Origin: an uncultured delta proteobacterium
Lineage (GTDB): Bacteria; Desulfobacterota; Binatia; Binatales; Binataceae
Direction of reading: 5' to 3'
DNA: 64,000 bases
Assembly (NCBI GenBank): GCA_963724765.1
Contig: CAVRVY010000001.1
Location: 672,001 to 736,000 of the forward strand
Both the position numbers and the translations under genes were made by a program. The notes beneath the pieces were generated by a model. That model had not been told where the DNA came from and made no database searches. It saw only the letters and a program-made list of their open reading frames with translations. This document shows, piece after piece, positions 47,604 through 57,819 of this stretch; the first letter of the stretch is position 1, and each line of letters opens with the position of its first letter.

Positions 47604-48242
47604 TCAGTACAGCCCGTGCCGCTGGATATAGTCGACCACGTCGCCCGGGATCAGATAACGCACGGAGCGTTGGCGCTGAAGCTTTTCACGAATGAGCGTT
47701 GCGGAAACCGGGAAGATTGTCGTGGCTACGAATGACAGTGTCTGGCCGCCGGGATGCACGTAATGATCGTCCTCCCTAATGTAACCAAAGCGTTTGAGCG
47801 CGGCAAGCGAGATTCGCGGCGGCTCCTGTTCGCCCGCCGGCTGGCGCGTATGCACCACCACCGAGCTCAAGCGCACCAGTTCGTCGCAGTCCTTCCAGGT
47901 GTCCAGTTCGGCAAAAGCGTCGGAGCCCATCATCAGGAATATCGTCGAGGGCGCGCGCAACGTCGCAAGAAAATGGCGCACCGTGTCGATCGTGTATGAG
48001 CGGCCGGCGCGCCGAATCTCGACGTCCGAGACCATGAAGTAGCGGTTACCCTTGGTCGCCAGCCGCACCATCGCGAGCCGATGCTCGGGCGGAGCGAGTC
48101 CTTCGGCCGATTTATGCGGTGGCACTGCCGCAGGCACGAAATAAACGAGGTCGAGCGCGAGCGCCTCGCGCACCTCCTCGGCCGCGCGCAGATGGCCGAA
48201 GTGGATCGGATTGAAACTGCCGCCTAGAAGTCCTACGCGCAT
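47604..48242 (-). CDS. nadD: Nicotinate-nucleotide adenylyltransferase
   Basis: 'GGSFNPIHFGHL', 'SYTIDT', 'VSAT.IR', 'YI....LY'. Confidence 0.96.
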   Translation of the reverse strand: MRVGLLGGSFNPIHFGHLRAAEEVREALALDLVYFVPAAVPPHKSAEGLAPPEHRLAMVRLATKGNRYFMVSDVEIRRAGRSYTIDTVRHFLATLRAPSTIFLMMGSDAFAELDTWKDCDELVRLSSVVVHTRQPAGEQEPPRISLAALKRFGYIREDDHYVHPGGQTLSFVATTIFPVSATLIREKLQRQRSVRYLIPGDVVDYIQRHGLY

Positions 48243-48339
48243 GATGTGGGGCCGTTCAACTTAAGTGGGACACGCGCGGACGCGGCGCCTAGGACGGATA
48301 CGGCACTGGCGTCGCGGCGCATCGGGGTTCGCATGAGCT

Positions 48340-49593
48340 TCAATTACGCACCTGTCCATTACCGGCGATGAGGTATTTGTAGATCGTCAGTTCGCGCAGG
48401 CCCATCGGACCGCGCGCGTGGAGGCGATTGGTCGAAATTCCGGTCTCGGCGCCGAAACCGAACTCGAAGCCGTCGGTGAAGCGGGTCGACGCGTTGACGT
48501 AAACCGTCGCCGAGTCGACTTCATGTTGAAAACGTGCGGCGGCCTCGTGGTCGCTAGTCACGATCGCATCGGCGAGGCCCGAGCCATGGCGCGCGATATG
48601 CTCCAGCGCCTCGTCGAGCGAGTCGACGATCCTAACCGCCAGAATCAGGTCGAGAAACTCGGTGTCCCAATCGGCATCGCTGGCCGGCTTCGCGCCGGGC
48701 ACGATCGCGCGAGTCCGCTGGCAGCCGCGCAACTCGACGCCCGCGCGTTCCATCCGCGCGGCCAGCGGCGGTAGAAAACTCGGCGCGGCCTCGCGATGCA
48801 CCAGCAGGGTTTCCATCGCGTTGCACACCGAGGGCCGGCTGCACTTCGCGTTGAAGCAGATCTCTTCGGCCATTTTCAGATCCGCGGTGCGATCGACGTA
48901 GGTGATGCAGAGGCCATCGAAATGCGGCAGCAGTGGAACCGCCGATCCGGACAGCGCCGCCTTAAGCGTCTTGCCGCCGCGCGGGATGATCAGATCGATC
49001 GCCTCGGGATGGCGCTTGAGAACCTGGATAACCTCGCGATCGGGATTTTCGACGAAGGTAAGAGCGTCGCGTGCGATGCCGGCGCCTTCCAGGGCGCGGA
49101 CGATCAGCCCGGCCAGAAACGCATTGGAGGCGAGCGCCTCTTTGCCCCCGCGCAGCACCACCGCGTTGCCGGCCTTCAGCCCCAGCACGCCGGCGTCGAC
49201 GGTGACGTTGGGCCGCGACTCGTAGATTATCGCGAGAACGCCGATCGGCACGCGGACCTGCGAAATCTCCAGGCCGTTGGGCCTCCGCCATCGGGCAATT
49301 ACTTCGCCGACCGGGTCGGGCAGGGCCGCGACCTCCTCGACGCTGCGGGCCATCGCTTCCACCCGCGCCTCGTTGAGCGTGAGCCGCTCGACCAACGCTC
49401 CCGCCATGCCGGAGCCGCGCGCGCGATCGAGGTCGGCGGCGTTGGCGGCCAGGATTGCGCCGCGCTCCGCGCGCAGCATCGCGGCGAGCGACACGAGCGC
49501 CTGGTTTTTGCGCGCGCTCGGGCATAGCGCCAGCGTGCGCGCGGCGGCGCGCGCGCGTTTGAGCGCGTCGAGGGTTTCGGTTTCGAGGCTCAC
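48340..49593 (-). CDS. proA: Gamma-glutamyl phosphate reductase
   Basis: 'IYESRPNVT', 'LRGGKEA', 'CNAMETLLVH', 'NASTRFTDG..FG.GAE.GIST..LHARGP.GL'. Confidence 0.97.
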   Translation of the reverse strand: MSLETETLDALKRARAAARTLALCPSARKNQALVSLAAMLRAERGAILAANAADLDRARGSGMAGALVERLTLNEARVEAMARSVEEVAALPDPVGEVIARWRRPNGLEISQVRVPIGVLAIIYESRPNVTVDAGVLGLKAGNAVVLRGGKEALASNAFLAGLIVRALEGAGIARDALTFVENPDREVIQVLKRHPEAIDLIIPRGGKTLKAALSGSAVPLLPHFDGLCITYVDRTADLKMAEEICFNAKCSRPSVCNAMETLLVHREAAPSFLPPLAARMERAGVELRGCQRTRAIVPGAKPASDADWDTEFLDLILAVRIVDSLDEALEHIARHGSGLADAIVTSDHEAAARFQHEVDSATVYVNASTRFTDGFEFGFGAETGISTNRLHARGPMGLRELTIYKYLIAGNGQVRN

Positions 49594-49614
49594 GTCAGCG
49601 ACTCATGCCTGAGT

Positions 49615-50760
49615 TCATGCCAGTTCTTCGATCAGCGCGAAGTTGTCGCGATGGATGATCTCGTCGGCGACCTTGTAGCCGAGCGTGCGCGAGATATCGT
49701 TGGAGCGCCTGCCCTTCACCTTCAGTATATCGGCGGCGGGATAATTGACCAGCCCGCGTCCGAACTCGACGCCTTCGTGATCGAGCAGGCTCACGCAGTC
49801 GCCGCTTTTGAACTCGCCGGCGACCTCGCGGATGCCCGAGGGCAGCAGGCTGCGGCCTTTTTTTCGCAGCGCCTCGGCGGCGCCGCGGTCGACGGTCAAC
49901 GCGCCGGCCGGGCGTAGCGCAAACGCGATCCAATGTTTGCGGCTCTTGAGCCTGGTCCGCGTGGGCAGCACCAGCGTCCCGCACTCGCGCGCCGGATCGA
50001 GCGCGGTGGCGAGCGCATGCTCGGCGCGGCCCGGCGCGATGATCACCGCGATTCCGGCGCGTGCCGCCTGCTGCGCCGCCTTGAGCTTGGTCGCCATCCC
50101 GCCGCTTCCGAGCGGCCCCGCGCTGTCGGCCACCAGCCCGCGCATCCCGGCCTCAGGGTCGGTGATGAGCGGGATCAGTTGCGCGTCGGGCCGCTTGCGC
50201 GGATCGCCGGTGAGCACGCCGGCCACGTCGCTCAGGATCACCAGGAGCTGCGCCTGCGCCATCCCGGCCACCAGTGAGGAGAGCACGTCGTTGTCGCCCA
50301 TGCGAATTTCTTCGACCGCGACGGTGTCGTTCTCGTTGACGATCGGCACCACGCCGGCTTCGAGCAGGGTCTGGATGGTGTGAATCGCGTTGTTGCGCCG
50401 CGCGCGCTCGGCCAGGTCCTGATGGGTGAGCAGGAGTTGCGCGACCGTGCGTCCGACGGCGCCGAACGCGCGCGCCCATTCGCCCATCAGCTCGATCTGT
50501 CCGGTTGCCGCCGCCGCCTGGCGCGCCGACACGCCTGCGCCGCCAAGCTTTTCCAGCCGCGCGCGCCCGGCCACGATCGCGCCCGAGGTCACCACCACGA
50601 CTTCGCGTCCCGCGCGCACGATCGCGTCGATCTCGGCGGCCAGGCGCGCGATAACCTCGGGCCGCAAACCGTCGGCATCCGAGAGCACGGCGCTCCCGAC
50701 CTTGACCACGACCCGGCGCGCGTACGCGACGTGCTCCTGCTTGTAGCTCACCTGAGACAT
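49615..50760 (-). CDS. proB: Glutamate 5-kinase with PUA domain
   Basis: 'VVKVGS', 'NEND', 'GDND', 'GGMATK', 'SLLPSG', 'IHRDN'. Confidence 0.97.
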   Translation of the reverse strand: MSQVSYKQEHVAYARRVVVKVGSAVLSDADGLRPEVIARLAAEIDAIVRAGREVVVVTSGAIVAGRARLEKLGGAGVSARQAAAATGQIELMGEWARAFGAVGRTVAQLLLTHQDLAERARRNNAIHTIQTLLEAGVVPIVNENDTVAVEEIRMGDNDVLSSLVAGMAQAQLLVILSDVAGVLTGDPRKRPDAQLIPLITDPEAGMRGLVADSAGPLGSGGMATKLKAAQQAARAGIAVIIAPGRAEHALATALDPARECGTLVLPTRTRLKSRKHWIAFALRPAGALTVDRGAAEALRKKGRSLLPSGIREVAGEFKSGDCVSLLDHEGVEFGRGLVNYPAADILKVKGRRSNDISRTLGYKVADEIIHRDNFALIEELA

Positions 50761-50762
50761 TG

Positions 50763-51773
50763 CTACTTAGTCCCGCCGAGATCGAGCAGCCGCGCTATCG
50801 CCGCCACCAGGGGTTCAAGTCCCACGCGCTGCTCGGCCGAGATGACGAAGACGGAGTCGATCGCGTGTTCGGCCGCGAGCGGCGCGATCGCACGCGTTGT
50901 CTCATCCGCGCGCTCGGCGCCGACAAGATCGAGCTTGTTGAGCACGATCAGCGCCGGGCGCGCCGAGAGCATCGGGTCGAACGCCGCGAGTTCGCCGCGC
51001 ACCGTGAGGAAATCGCGCTTCGGATCGGCGCTCAGGTCGAGCACGTAGACCAGCACGCGCGTGCGCGCGAGATGGCGCAGAAAGCGGATACCCAGGCCGT
51101 GGCCGAGATGAGCGCCTTCGATAAGGCCCGGGATATCGGCGACGCTGAAACCGGAACCGTCGGCAAGCTGGACGCGGCCCAAATTGGGCGTGAGCGTGGT
51201 GAAGGGGTAGGGCGCGATCTTCGGGTGCGCCGCGCTGATGGCCGCGAGCAGCGTCGACTTGCCGGCGTTGGGCAGGCCGACCAGCCCGGCGTCGGCCACC
51301 AGCCGCAATTCGATTTTGACCCAGCGCTGCTCGGCCGGCCCGCCCGGCGTCGCGATTCGCGGCGCGCGGCGCGTCGAGGTAGTGAAGTGCATGTTGCCCT
51401 TGCCGCCCATCCCGCCGTGCGCGACGATTGCTCGCGCGCCCGGCATCACGAGGTCGGCGAGCATCTCGCCGCTTTCCTCGTCGAAGACCATCGTGCCGGG
51501 CGGGACTCGCACCACGAGGTCGCCACCGGCGTGGCCGTATTGCTGTTTGCCGCGGCCGGCTTCTCCGTCGCGCGCGATCAGGCGCGGGTTGTATTTGAAA
51601 TCGAGCAGCGTCGCGAGGCCCTCGTTGACCTCGAAGATCACGTCGCCGCCGCGGCCGCCGTCGCCGCCGGCCGGTCCACCGAAGGGGCGATACTTCTCGC
51701 GTAAAAACGCGATCGCGCCGTCGCCGCCCTTGCCGGCGGCCACGAAAACCCGTGCTTCATCGACGAACTTCAT
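50763..51773 (-). CDS. obgE: GTPase ObgE/CgtA
   Basis: 'FVDE', 'FLREKY.PFGGP.GGDGG', 'GLPNAGKST', 'YPFTTL.PNLG', 'DIPGLIEGA', 'NKLD'. Confidence 0.98.
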   Translation of the reverse strand: MKFVDEARVFVAAGKGGDGAIAFLREKYRPFGGPAGGDGGRGGDVIFEVNEGLATLLDFKYNPRLIARDGEAGRGKQQYGHAGGDLVVRVPPGTMVFDEESGEMLADLVMPGARAIVAHGGMGGKGNMHFTTSTRRAPRIATPGGPAEQRWVKIELRLVADAGLVGLPNAGKSTLLAAISAAHPKIAPYPFTTLTPNLGRVQLADGSGFSVADIPGLIEGAHLGHGLGIRFLRHLARTRVLVYVLDLSADPKRDFLTVRGELAAFDPMLSARPALIVLNKLDLVGAERADETTRAIAPLAAEHAIDSVFVISAEQRVGLEPLVAAIARLLDLGGTK

Positions 51774-51807
51774 CGCTCAACGCGGCGCTTGCGATTGCGC
51801 GCGGCGG

Positions 51808-52830
51808 CTACAGGAGCAGCTCGGCCAGCACGCGGACGGCTTCGACCTGGCGCGTCCCGATAAGCATCGTTCTGACCGGCGAGGCCTTCCAGGCGGCGAC
51901 GCGCTCGGCGATCCGCTCGCGTGGTCCGACGAGGGCGACCTCGTCGACCAGCTTGTCAGGCACCGCGGCGACGGCCTCGTCGCGCTTGCCGGAGAGAAAC
52001 AGGTCCTGAATTTTTCTCGCCGCTTCATCGTAGCCTGCGCGCCGCGCGTAGTCGTTGTAGAAGTTTTTGTCGCGCGCGCCCATCCCGCCGATATAGAGCG
52101 CCAGGGTTTGTTTGATCGGCTCGCGGCATTTTGCCACGTCGGGGCCCATCACGCAGGTTACGAACGGTGCGAGGTCGAATTTCGCCGGATTGCGCGCGGC
52201 GCCGGCCTTTTTGAATCCGCGCTCGAGGCTCGGCTTGAACAGGTCCCATCGCTCCGGATTCATCCAGACCGGAATTACGCCGTCGGCGATTTCGGCCGCG
52301 AGCGCCACACCGCTCGGCGTGATCGACGCCATGTAGATTTCCATGTCGCGCCGGCCGTGCAGGATCGAACGCAGCGGCTTGCCAAGCCCGGTCGAACCGG
52401 GGCCGCGGTATGGGATCTGGTATTCGGAGCCTTGGAACTCAAGCGGCGCCTCGCGCGCGAAAATTTTGCGCAGGATCGCGATGTACTCGCGATAACGCAC
52501 CAGCGGCTTGCCGTACGGCACCCCGTGCCATCCCTCGACTACCTGCGGCCCCGACGGTCCGACCCCGAGGATGAAGCGTCCGCCCGACATCGCATCCAGC
52601 GTCATCGCAGTCATCGCCGTCATCGCGGGCGTGCGCGCCGGCATCTGCATGATTGCCGTGCCGAGGCGGATGTTTTTGGTCAGTGCGCCAACCCAGGCGA
52701 GCGGAACGATGGTGTCCGAGCCCCAGGCCTCGCCCGTCCACACCGAGTCGTAGCCCAACCGTTCGGCTTCGAGCACCAGTTCGAGCGAGTCATGGGAATG
52801 GGAAAAGCCGTATAGCAGTCCTAGTCGCAT
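51808..52830 (-). CDS. LLM-class, probably F420-dependent, oxidoreductase (Rv3520c-like)
   Basis: 'WTGEAWGSD', '[37 protein letters not shown]', '[13 protein letters not shown]'. Confidence 0.88.
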   Translation of the reverse strand: MRLGLLYGFSHSHDSLELVLEAERLGYDSVWTGEAWGSDTIVPLAWVGALTKNIRLGTAIMQMPARTPAMTAMTAMTLDAMSGGRFILGVGPSGPQVVEGWHGVPYGKPLVRYREYIAILRKIFAREAPLEFQGSEYQIPYRGPGSTGLGKPLRSILHGRRDMEIYMASITPSGVALAAEIADGVIPVWMNPERWDLFKPSLERGFKKAGAARNPAKFDLAPFVTCVMGPDVAKCREPIKQTLALYIGGMGARDKNFYNDYARRAGYDEAARKIQDLFLSGKRDEAVAAVPDKLVDEVALVGPRERIAERVAAWKASPVRTMLIGTRQVEAVRVLAELLL

Positions 52831-52888
52831 CGCGAGGTCCCTCCGAGAGTTCTCCAGCCGATTGCGCGAAGGCCACACCCATCGCCGT

Positions 52889-52926
52889 AAACAAACAAAA
52901 AGCCCCGCGGCGAGGCCGCGGGGCTT
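52889..52926 (-). terminator. Rho-independent terminator after rpmA
   Basis: 12-bp stem AAGCCCCGCGGC/GCCGCGGGGCTT followed by TTTGTTTGTTT on the minus strand. Confidence 0.9.
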
Positions 52927-52955
52927 GGAAGTCAAAACTCTAAGCCGTGCCGGCC

Positions 52956-53273
52956 CTAGGCTTGCGCTTCGGCCGGCGGCTCGTTTGCCGCTTCGGCCCG
53001 CTGTTCGCTCGCAGGCGCCTCCGCCGGTTCGATCCGCACGCGCCGCTTGTCGGTGCGGTAGGTCTCGTATTTGGCCACCCCGTCGACCAGTGCGTAAAGA
53101 GTGAAGTCTCGGCCCATCCCGACGTTGCGCCCCGGATGAACCCGCGTGCCGACCTGGCGGACCAGGATATTGCCGGCGCGAACGGTCTCACCGGCGTAGA
53201 TCTTGATGCCGCGGCGCTGTCCCGGACTGTCGCGGCCGTTGCGCGTCGAGCCTTGTCCTTTCTTATGCGCCAC
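52956..53273 (-). CDS. rpmA: 50S ribosomal protein L27 (with a short Ala/Glu tail)
   Basis: '[15 protein letters not shown]', 'GNILVRQ.GT', 'GRDFTL.A'. Confidence 0.98.
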   Translation of the reverse strand: MAHKKGQGSTRNGRDSPGQRRGIKIYAGETVRAGNILVRQVGTRVHPGRNVGMGRDFTLYALVDGVAKYETYRTDKRRVRIEPAEAPASEQRAEAANEPPAEAQA

Positions 53274-53335
53274 TAACCTGTCTCCCTGTGATAGTGCCGG
53301 CGCGATAAGCCGGCGGCAAAAGCAGGATGCGAGCG

Positions 53336-53656
53336 CTACGCCGCGCCCCGCTTGATCTCCTCGATCTTGAGCACGGTCAGTTCCTGACGATGGCCGCGCT
53401 TGCGCCGGTAATTCTTGCGCTTTTTCTTTTTGAACACGATGACCTTGGTGCCGCGCGGCTGCTGCACGATTCGCGCGCGCACGGCCGCGTCGGGCACGGT
53501 GGGGGTGCCGATCACAGGCGTTTCGTCGCCGCCGATCGCGAGCACGTCGGCCAGTTCGATCTCGGCGCCGACGTCGCCCTCGATGCGCTCGACGGTTATC
53601 TGGTCGCCGACCCCGATCCGGTACTGTTTTCCGCCTGTTCTTACGATTGCAAACAT
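53336..53656 (-). CDS. rplU: 50S ribosomal protein L21
   Basis: '[12 protein letters not shown]', '[17 protein letters not shown]'. Confidence 0.98.
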   Translation of the reverse strand: MFAIVRTGGKQYRIGVGDQITVERIEGDVGAEIELADVLAIGGDETPVIGTPTVPDAAVRARIVQQPRGTKVIVFKKKKRKNYRRKRGHRQELTVLKIEEIKRGAA

Positions 53657-53801
53657 GCCTTTAATCCGAACCTTCTTACCTACCGGACGCGGGCGGCCAT
53701 GTCAAATATGATCCGAATCAAATATGACCTGTGTCGATCGAAGCGATGCCCAATCGAGGCCGCGCTTCGTCACAAACGCCGCGATGAAACCGCTTTTGCG
53801 C

Positions 53802-54338
53802 TCAGTCGAGGCCCAGACGCTCGCGGCCTTCGGGAGAGATCATCTGCGGCGTCCACGGCGGATCCCAGACCAGGTCGACGTTGGCCTCCGCGACGCCGGG
53901 GAGCGACAGCAGCTTCTGGCGCGCGTCAATTGCGATCGACGCGCCCATCCCGCAGCCCTGCGCGGTGAGCGTCATCTTGACCTCGACCCGCTTGGCGCCC
54001 CCATCCGTCGGCGCAACTTCCATCGCGTAGACCAATCCGAGGTCGACGATGTTGACCGGAATCTCGGGGTCGTAACAGGTCTTGAGCTGCTCCCAGACCA
54101 TCGCCTCGAGATCGCCAGACGCGGCGGCCGGCGAAGCGGCGTCTTCGGAGCTTTTGCCGAGTGCGTCGGCGTCCTTGCCGGTTATGCGGTACAGCCCACC
54201 GTAGGCCGGCACCTGCACGGTGAAGCTGCCGCCGAGCGACTGGGTGATAAAAACCTCGAGGCCCTTCTCCAACGTGATCGGACTGCCGAGCGGCACCTGG
54301 ACCGCTTCACATTCGCGGGTGAGTTCAACTCGTTCCAT
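53802..54338 (-). CDS. sufT: Putative Fe-S cluster assembly protein SufT (DUF59/PaaD-like)
   Basis: 'ITQSLGGSFT', 'CYDPEIPVNIVDLGLVY', 'MTLTA.GCGMG', 'VWDPPW'. Confidence 0.92.
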   Translation of the reverse strand: MERVELTRECEAVQVPLGSPITLEKGLEVFITQSLGGSFTVQVPAYGGLYRITGKDADALGKSSEDAASPAAASGDLEAMVWEQLKTCYDPEIPVNIVDLGLVYAMEVAPTDGGAKRVEVKMTLTAQGCGMGASIAIDARQKLLSLPGVAEANVDLVWDPPWTPQMISPEGRERLGLD

Positions 54339-54472
54339 CGATAATTATCCTGTTCGTTATTCGCCCTTCGTTGAATTTGATTCTAGGCGCTCGGAGGCCC
54401 GAGCGCCAGTTGCCTGCTTTGGCTCCTGGCTGGGGTTCGGCGGGCGCACCCGTCGTGATAGAGAAAGGCCCT

Positions 54473-55180
54473 ATGGCGAAGATTCAGCTTTACCAGTTTG
54501 GTCCGCTGGGCGATCTGGAATCGGCGTCGCCCTTTTGCGTCAAGGTTCGCGACGCGATGCGTTACAAGCGCGTCCCGTTCGATACCGTCAACGCCACTTC
54601 CCCGATTCAGGTGCGCAGGCTCAACCCGCGCGGCAAGCTGCCAGTGATGATCGACGACGGAGTAAAGCTCGCCGATTCCACCGACATCATCCGCCATCTC
54701 GAAACGCATCATCCGGAGCCGCGGCTCTATCCGCAGGATCCGCGGACGCGCGCGATGGCTCTGTTGCTCGAAGACTGGGCCGACGAATCGCTCTACTGGC
54801 ACGTCGTCTATGAACGATGGCAAGTGTCCGAGCAGTTCGCGAAATTTGCCGAGGTCGTTTTCAGTCCGGTGCCGGCCGCGGTGAGGCCGATGGTACGGCT
54901 GCTTTTTGCGCGGCAGACGCGCGGGCAGTTGCGAGGGCAGGGGCTGGGACGGCTGGGAGTCGGCGAGCAGCGCGAGAAATTCAGGACCGCGCTGGATTGG
55001 CTGGACTCGATGGTCGACGGGCAATTTCTATGCGGTGCGGAATTGTCGATCGCCGACGTTGCGGTGGCAGCGCAGGTCGGGGCGCTCAATATCCCGTTCA
55101 CGCCGGTGGCCGAGGCGGAAATTCACGCCCACGCCAAGGTGATGCGATGGCTTGAGCGGACGGTCGAGGCTCTCGGCTGA
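54473..55180 (+). CDS. Glutathione S-transferase family protein
   Basis: 'SPFC.KV', 'NPRGKLPV', 'DS..II..LE', 'FL.G...SIAD'. Confidence 0.9.
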   Translation: MAKIQLYQFGPLGDLESASPFCVKVRDAMRYKRVPFDTVNATSPIQVRRLNPRGKLPVMIDDGVKLADSTDIIRHLETHHPEPRLYPQDPRTRAMALLLEDWADESLYWHVVYERWQVSEQFAKFAEVVFSPVPAAVRPMVRLLFARQTRGQLRGQGLGRLGVGEQREKFRTALDWLDSMVDGQFLCGAELSIADVAVAAQVGALNIPFTPVAEAEIHAHAKVMRWLERTVEALG

Positions 55181-55203
55181 GGGCTTCTTCCACTTCGCGA
55201 AAT

Positions 55204-55815
55204 CTACTTTGCAAAATCCTGCGTTATGTAGGCCGTGCCGTCGGCGGCGCGCGCGATTCCGACGCCGGTCGTCGCGAAATCGGGCGAGAGCATATTGGCG
55301 CGATGCTCGGGGCTGTTGAGCCATCCCTTTACCGCGCGCTCGGCCAGCTTCGCGCGGTCGGTGTCGCGGTCCATGTAGATATTTTCGCCCAGTGCCGCGG
55401 AGTCGACGCCAACGCCGCGCACGCGCTCGGCAGGCGTGTCGCCGGCGGGGCCGTTGTGCCCGAGGTAGTTGCGCAACGCCATGTCGTAGCTGTGACCGCG
55501 CGAGGCCAGCACCAGGCGCTGCGAGGATTTAAGCGCCGGCGCGCCCCCGCGCTTGCGCTCGTCGTTGACCAGCCGCAGAATTTCCGCCTCCTGCGCGCTC
55601 ATCCCGGCCGTCAGATCCGGCGCGAGCCCGATGAGCGGCACGAGGTAGAGCCAAACTAGGGCGGCGCCCGTCATCGCCATCCCCAGCGACGCCATTCCTA
55701 CGCCGACCATGCGCCGATAACGCCGGCGCCGCTGGCCGACCGGCAATGGAATCACCTTGGCGGGACCCTTGGGAATCCGCACCGATTTGCGCCCGCTTGC
55801 CGAATGGACACTCAT
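55204..55815 (-). CDS. CAP/SCP domain membrane-anchored protein
   Basis: 'LVN.ER', 'HS.DM', 'GENI', 'W.NSPEHRAN.L', 'TQDF'. One N-terminal TM helix. Confidence 0.92.
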   Translation of the reverse strand: MSVHSASGRKSVRIPKGPAKVIPLPVGQRRRRYRRMVGVGMASLGMAMTGAALVWLYLVPLIGLAPDLTAGMSAQEAEILRLVNDERKRGGAPALKSSQRLVLASRGHSYDMALRNYLGHNGPAGDTPAERVRGVGVDSAALGENIYMDRDTDRAKLAERAVKGWLNSPEHRANMLSPDFATTGVGIARAADGTAYITQDFAK

Positions 55816-55872
55816 CGCTTTACTTAATGAGCCTCCCGGAGTCTCCCTGCGCCGCGCTTGCGCCGGTTTTAC

Positions 55873-56616
55873 TTAGAATTTCTCCTTGAACGGGCGCACG
55901 TCCAACTCCTGAGTCCATGCGCTCGGATCCTGATTAGCGAGGTACCAGTAGGCTTCGGCGATCGCGGCCGGCTTGAGCACGTCCTCGTCCTTGAGCGACC
56001 GCATCTGGGTCCGGATGTGCGGAATGTCGATGATACCGTCGACGTTGACGTAGACGACGTGGATTCCGCGCGGACCGAGGTCGCGCGCGAGCGATTGCGC
56101 GAGTCCCCGCACCGCGAACTTGGCTGGTCCAAACGCAGCCGACATCGTCCCGGCCTTGATACCCGCCGTCGCGCCGGTGAACAGAATCACGCCGCGTCGC
56201 TTAGCGATCATGTCGGGCACGGCCTGTTTGGCGCACAGAAATGCGCCGTAGGCGTTGACCCGCCATGAGTCCTCATATTGCTCGGGTGTGATTTCGGTGA
56301 TCGTGCCCCATTTGCCGCCGCCGGCGTTGTACAGCAGCATCTCGGGCGCGCCGAGCTTCGAGCGCACGGCGTCGAAAGCGTGGCTGATCTGCTCCGCGTC
56401 GCCGACGTTCGCAATGACCGACAGGGTACGGCCGCCGGCCGCCTTGACCTCGGCGGCGAGCCCGTCCATGAACTCGCGCGAGCGCGCGACCATTGCGATT
56501 GCGTGTCCTCCTTGAGCGAAACGGCGCACCAGCGCGGCGCCGAGACCGGGCCCCACGCCGACGACGATCGCGACTCCAGCCTGCGCGACTCCGGGCTGAT
56601 TTGCTTGCGCGGCCAT
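55873..56616 (-). CDS. SDR family oxidoreductase
   Basis: 'GVGPGLG', 'YNAG', 'FTGATA', 'F..AKFAVR.LAQS.AR', 'WTQELD.RP..EKF'. Confidence 0.92.
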   Translation of the reverse strand: MAAQANQPGVAQAGVAIVVGVGPGLGAALVRRFAQGGHAIAMVARSREFMDGLAAEVKAAGGRTLSVIANVGDAEQISHAFDAVRSKLGAPEMLLYNAGGGKWGTITEITPEQYEDSWRVNAYGAFLCAKQAVPDMIAKRRGVILFTGATAGIKAGTMSAAFGPAKFAVRGLAQSLARDLGPRGIHVVYVNVDGIIDIPHIRTQMRSLKDEDVLKPAAIAEAYWYLANQDPSAWTQELDVRPFKEKF

Positions 56617-56656
56617 CAAATCTCCAACGGCCGCCGAGGCAGCCGATGTTCTGGCG

Positions 56657-57625
56657 CTAGGGTACCAATATCAGTTTACCGACTGATTTGCGCGATTGCA
56701 GCAGGCGATGCGCCTCGGCGGCCTGGGCGAGCGGAAAGCTTTTGCCGATCACCAGCTTGAGCTTCTTCTCGCGCATGAGCGCGAACGATTTCTCAATTCC
56801 CTCGCGCATCACGCCGGGCATCCCGACCACCACCGGCAGCACGAAGCCGCTCACCTTGACCGACTTCTGGAACAGCCGCAACACGTTGAGCGGGTCGGGC
56901 GATCCGCCGGCGCGTCCGTACAGCAGCAGATGGCCAAACGGGGCGAGGCACTTCAGGCCCGGCTCGAAGGTTGGCTTCCCCACCGCGTCGAGGATCAGGT
57001 CGGCGCCGCGCCCGTCCGTCAGGCGCATCGTTTCGGCGGCGAAGTCGGAACTTTCATAATTGATTACTTCGTCGGCGCCGTATTCCTTGACCAGCGCGGT
57101 CTTGGAATCGCTCGACACCGTGCCGATCACACGCGCGCCGGCCGCCTTGGCGATCTGCACTGCGACGATCCCGACGCCGCCGGCCGCCGAGTGCACCACC
57201 ACGGTCTGGCCGGGCTCCGTCTTATGCGCAGTATGCAGGATGTGCCAGGCGGTCAACACCTGGATCGGGAAGGCGGCGCCTTCCTCGAAGCTGACGAAGT
57301 CAGGCAGCGGGATCGCCTGCGCCGGATGGATGAGGCAGTACTCGGCGTATGCTTTGAGCGTGATCGAAGTCACGCGCATCCCGGGCTTCAGGTCCTTGAC
57401 GTCGGGCGCGACCGCCTCGATCACTCCGGCGGCTTCCATCCCCGGCGTATCGGGCAGCCGCGGTTTGATCATGTACTCGCCGCGGATGAAGAAGGTGTCG
57501 GCGAAATTGATTCCGGCGGCGTGCACCTTGACCAGCGCGGTGCCGGGCGTGAGTTCGGGCTTGGGCGTCTCGACGTACTTGAGCACGCTGGGGTCGCCGG
57601 TCTTTTCAAAGACGATCGCTTTCAC
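56657..57625 (-). CDS. NADPH:quinone oxidoreductase (MDR/Qor family)
   Basis: 'GINFAD', 'PGMEAAG', 'HSAAGGVG', 'D.ILDAVG', 'GKL.L'. Confidence 0.92.
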   Translation of the reverse strand: MKAIVFEKTGDPSVLKYVETPKPELTPGTALVKVHAAGINFADTFFIRGEYMIKPRLPDTPGMEAAGVIEAVAPDVKDLKPGMRVTSITLKAYAEYCLIHPAQAIPLPDFVSFEEGAAFPIQVLTAWHILHTAHKTEPGQTVVVHSAAGGVGIVAVQIAKAAGARVIGTVSSDSKTALVKEYGADEVINYESSDFAAETMRLTDGRGADLILDAVGKPTFEPGLKCLAPFGHLLLYGRAGGSPDPLNVLRLFQKSVKVSGFVLPVVVGMPGVMREGIEKSFALMREKKLKLVIGKSFPLAQAAEAHRLLQSRKSVGKLILVP

Positions 57626-57656
57626 CTGATGCGCTCCTTGCGCGATGGCTATCGCG

Positions 57657-57697
57657 AATCATTATCGGTTAATTCCGCAATCATTATCGGTTAATTC
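57657..57697. repeat. Perfect 19-bp direct repeat (22-bp period) in a divergent intergenic region
   Basis: AATCATTATCGGTTAATTC at 57657-57675 and 57679-57697. Confidence 0.9.
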
Positions 57698-57819
57698 AAT
57701 TGGAGGTTCCATCTTGCAGCCGCTACTCGGTTCCCGCGTGCGATATGCCTGCGATATGATTGTGCGCCCATCCGATGGGCTTACGAGAGACACGATACGC
57801 GAGGACGACGGAACTGGCG

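Noticed and set aside
51238-52815. 525-aa plus-strand ORF (and similar long antisense ORFs, e.g. 31580-32950, 6459-7493)
   Set aside because: Shadow ORFs opposite well-supported genes, as expected in high-GC DNA. No motifs.
57657-57697. Possible CRISPR array
   Set aside because: Only two 19-bp copies with a 3-bp spacer and no cas genes. No CRISPR array was seen anywhere in the window.
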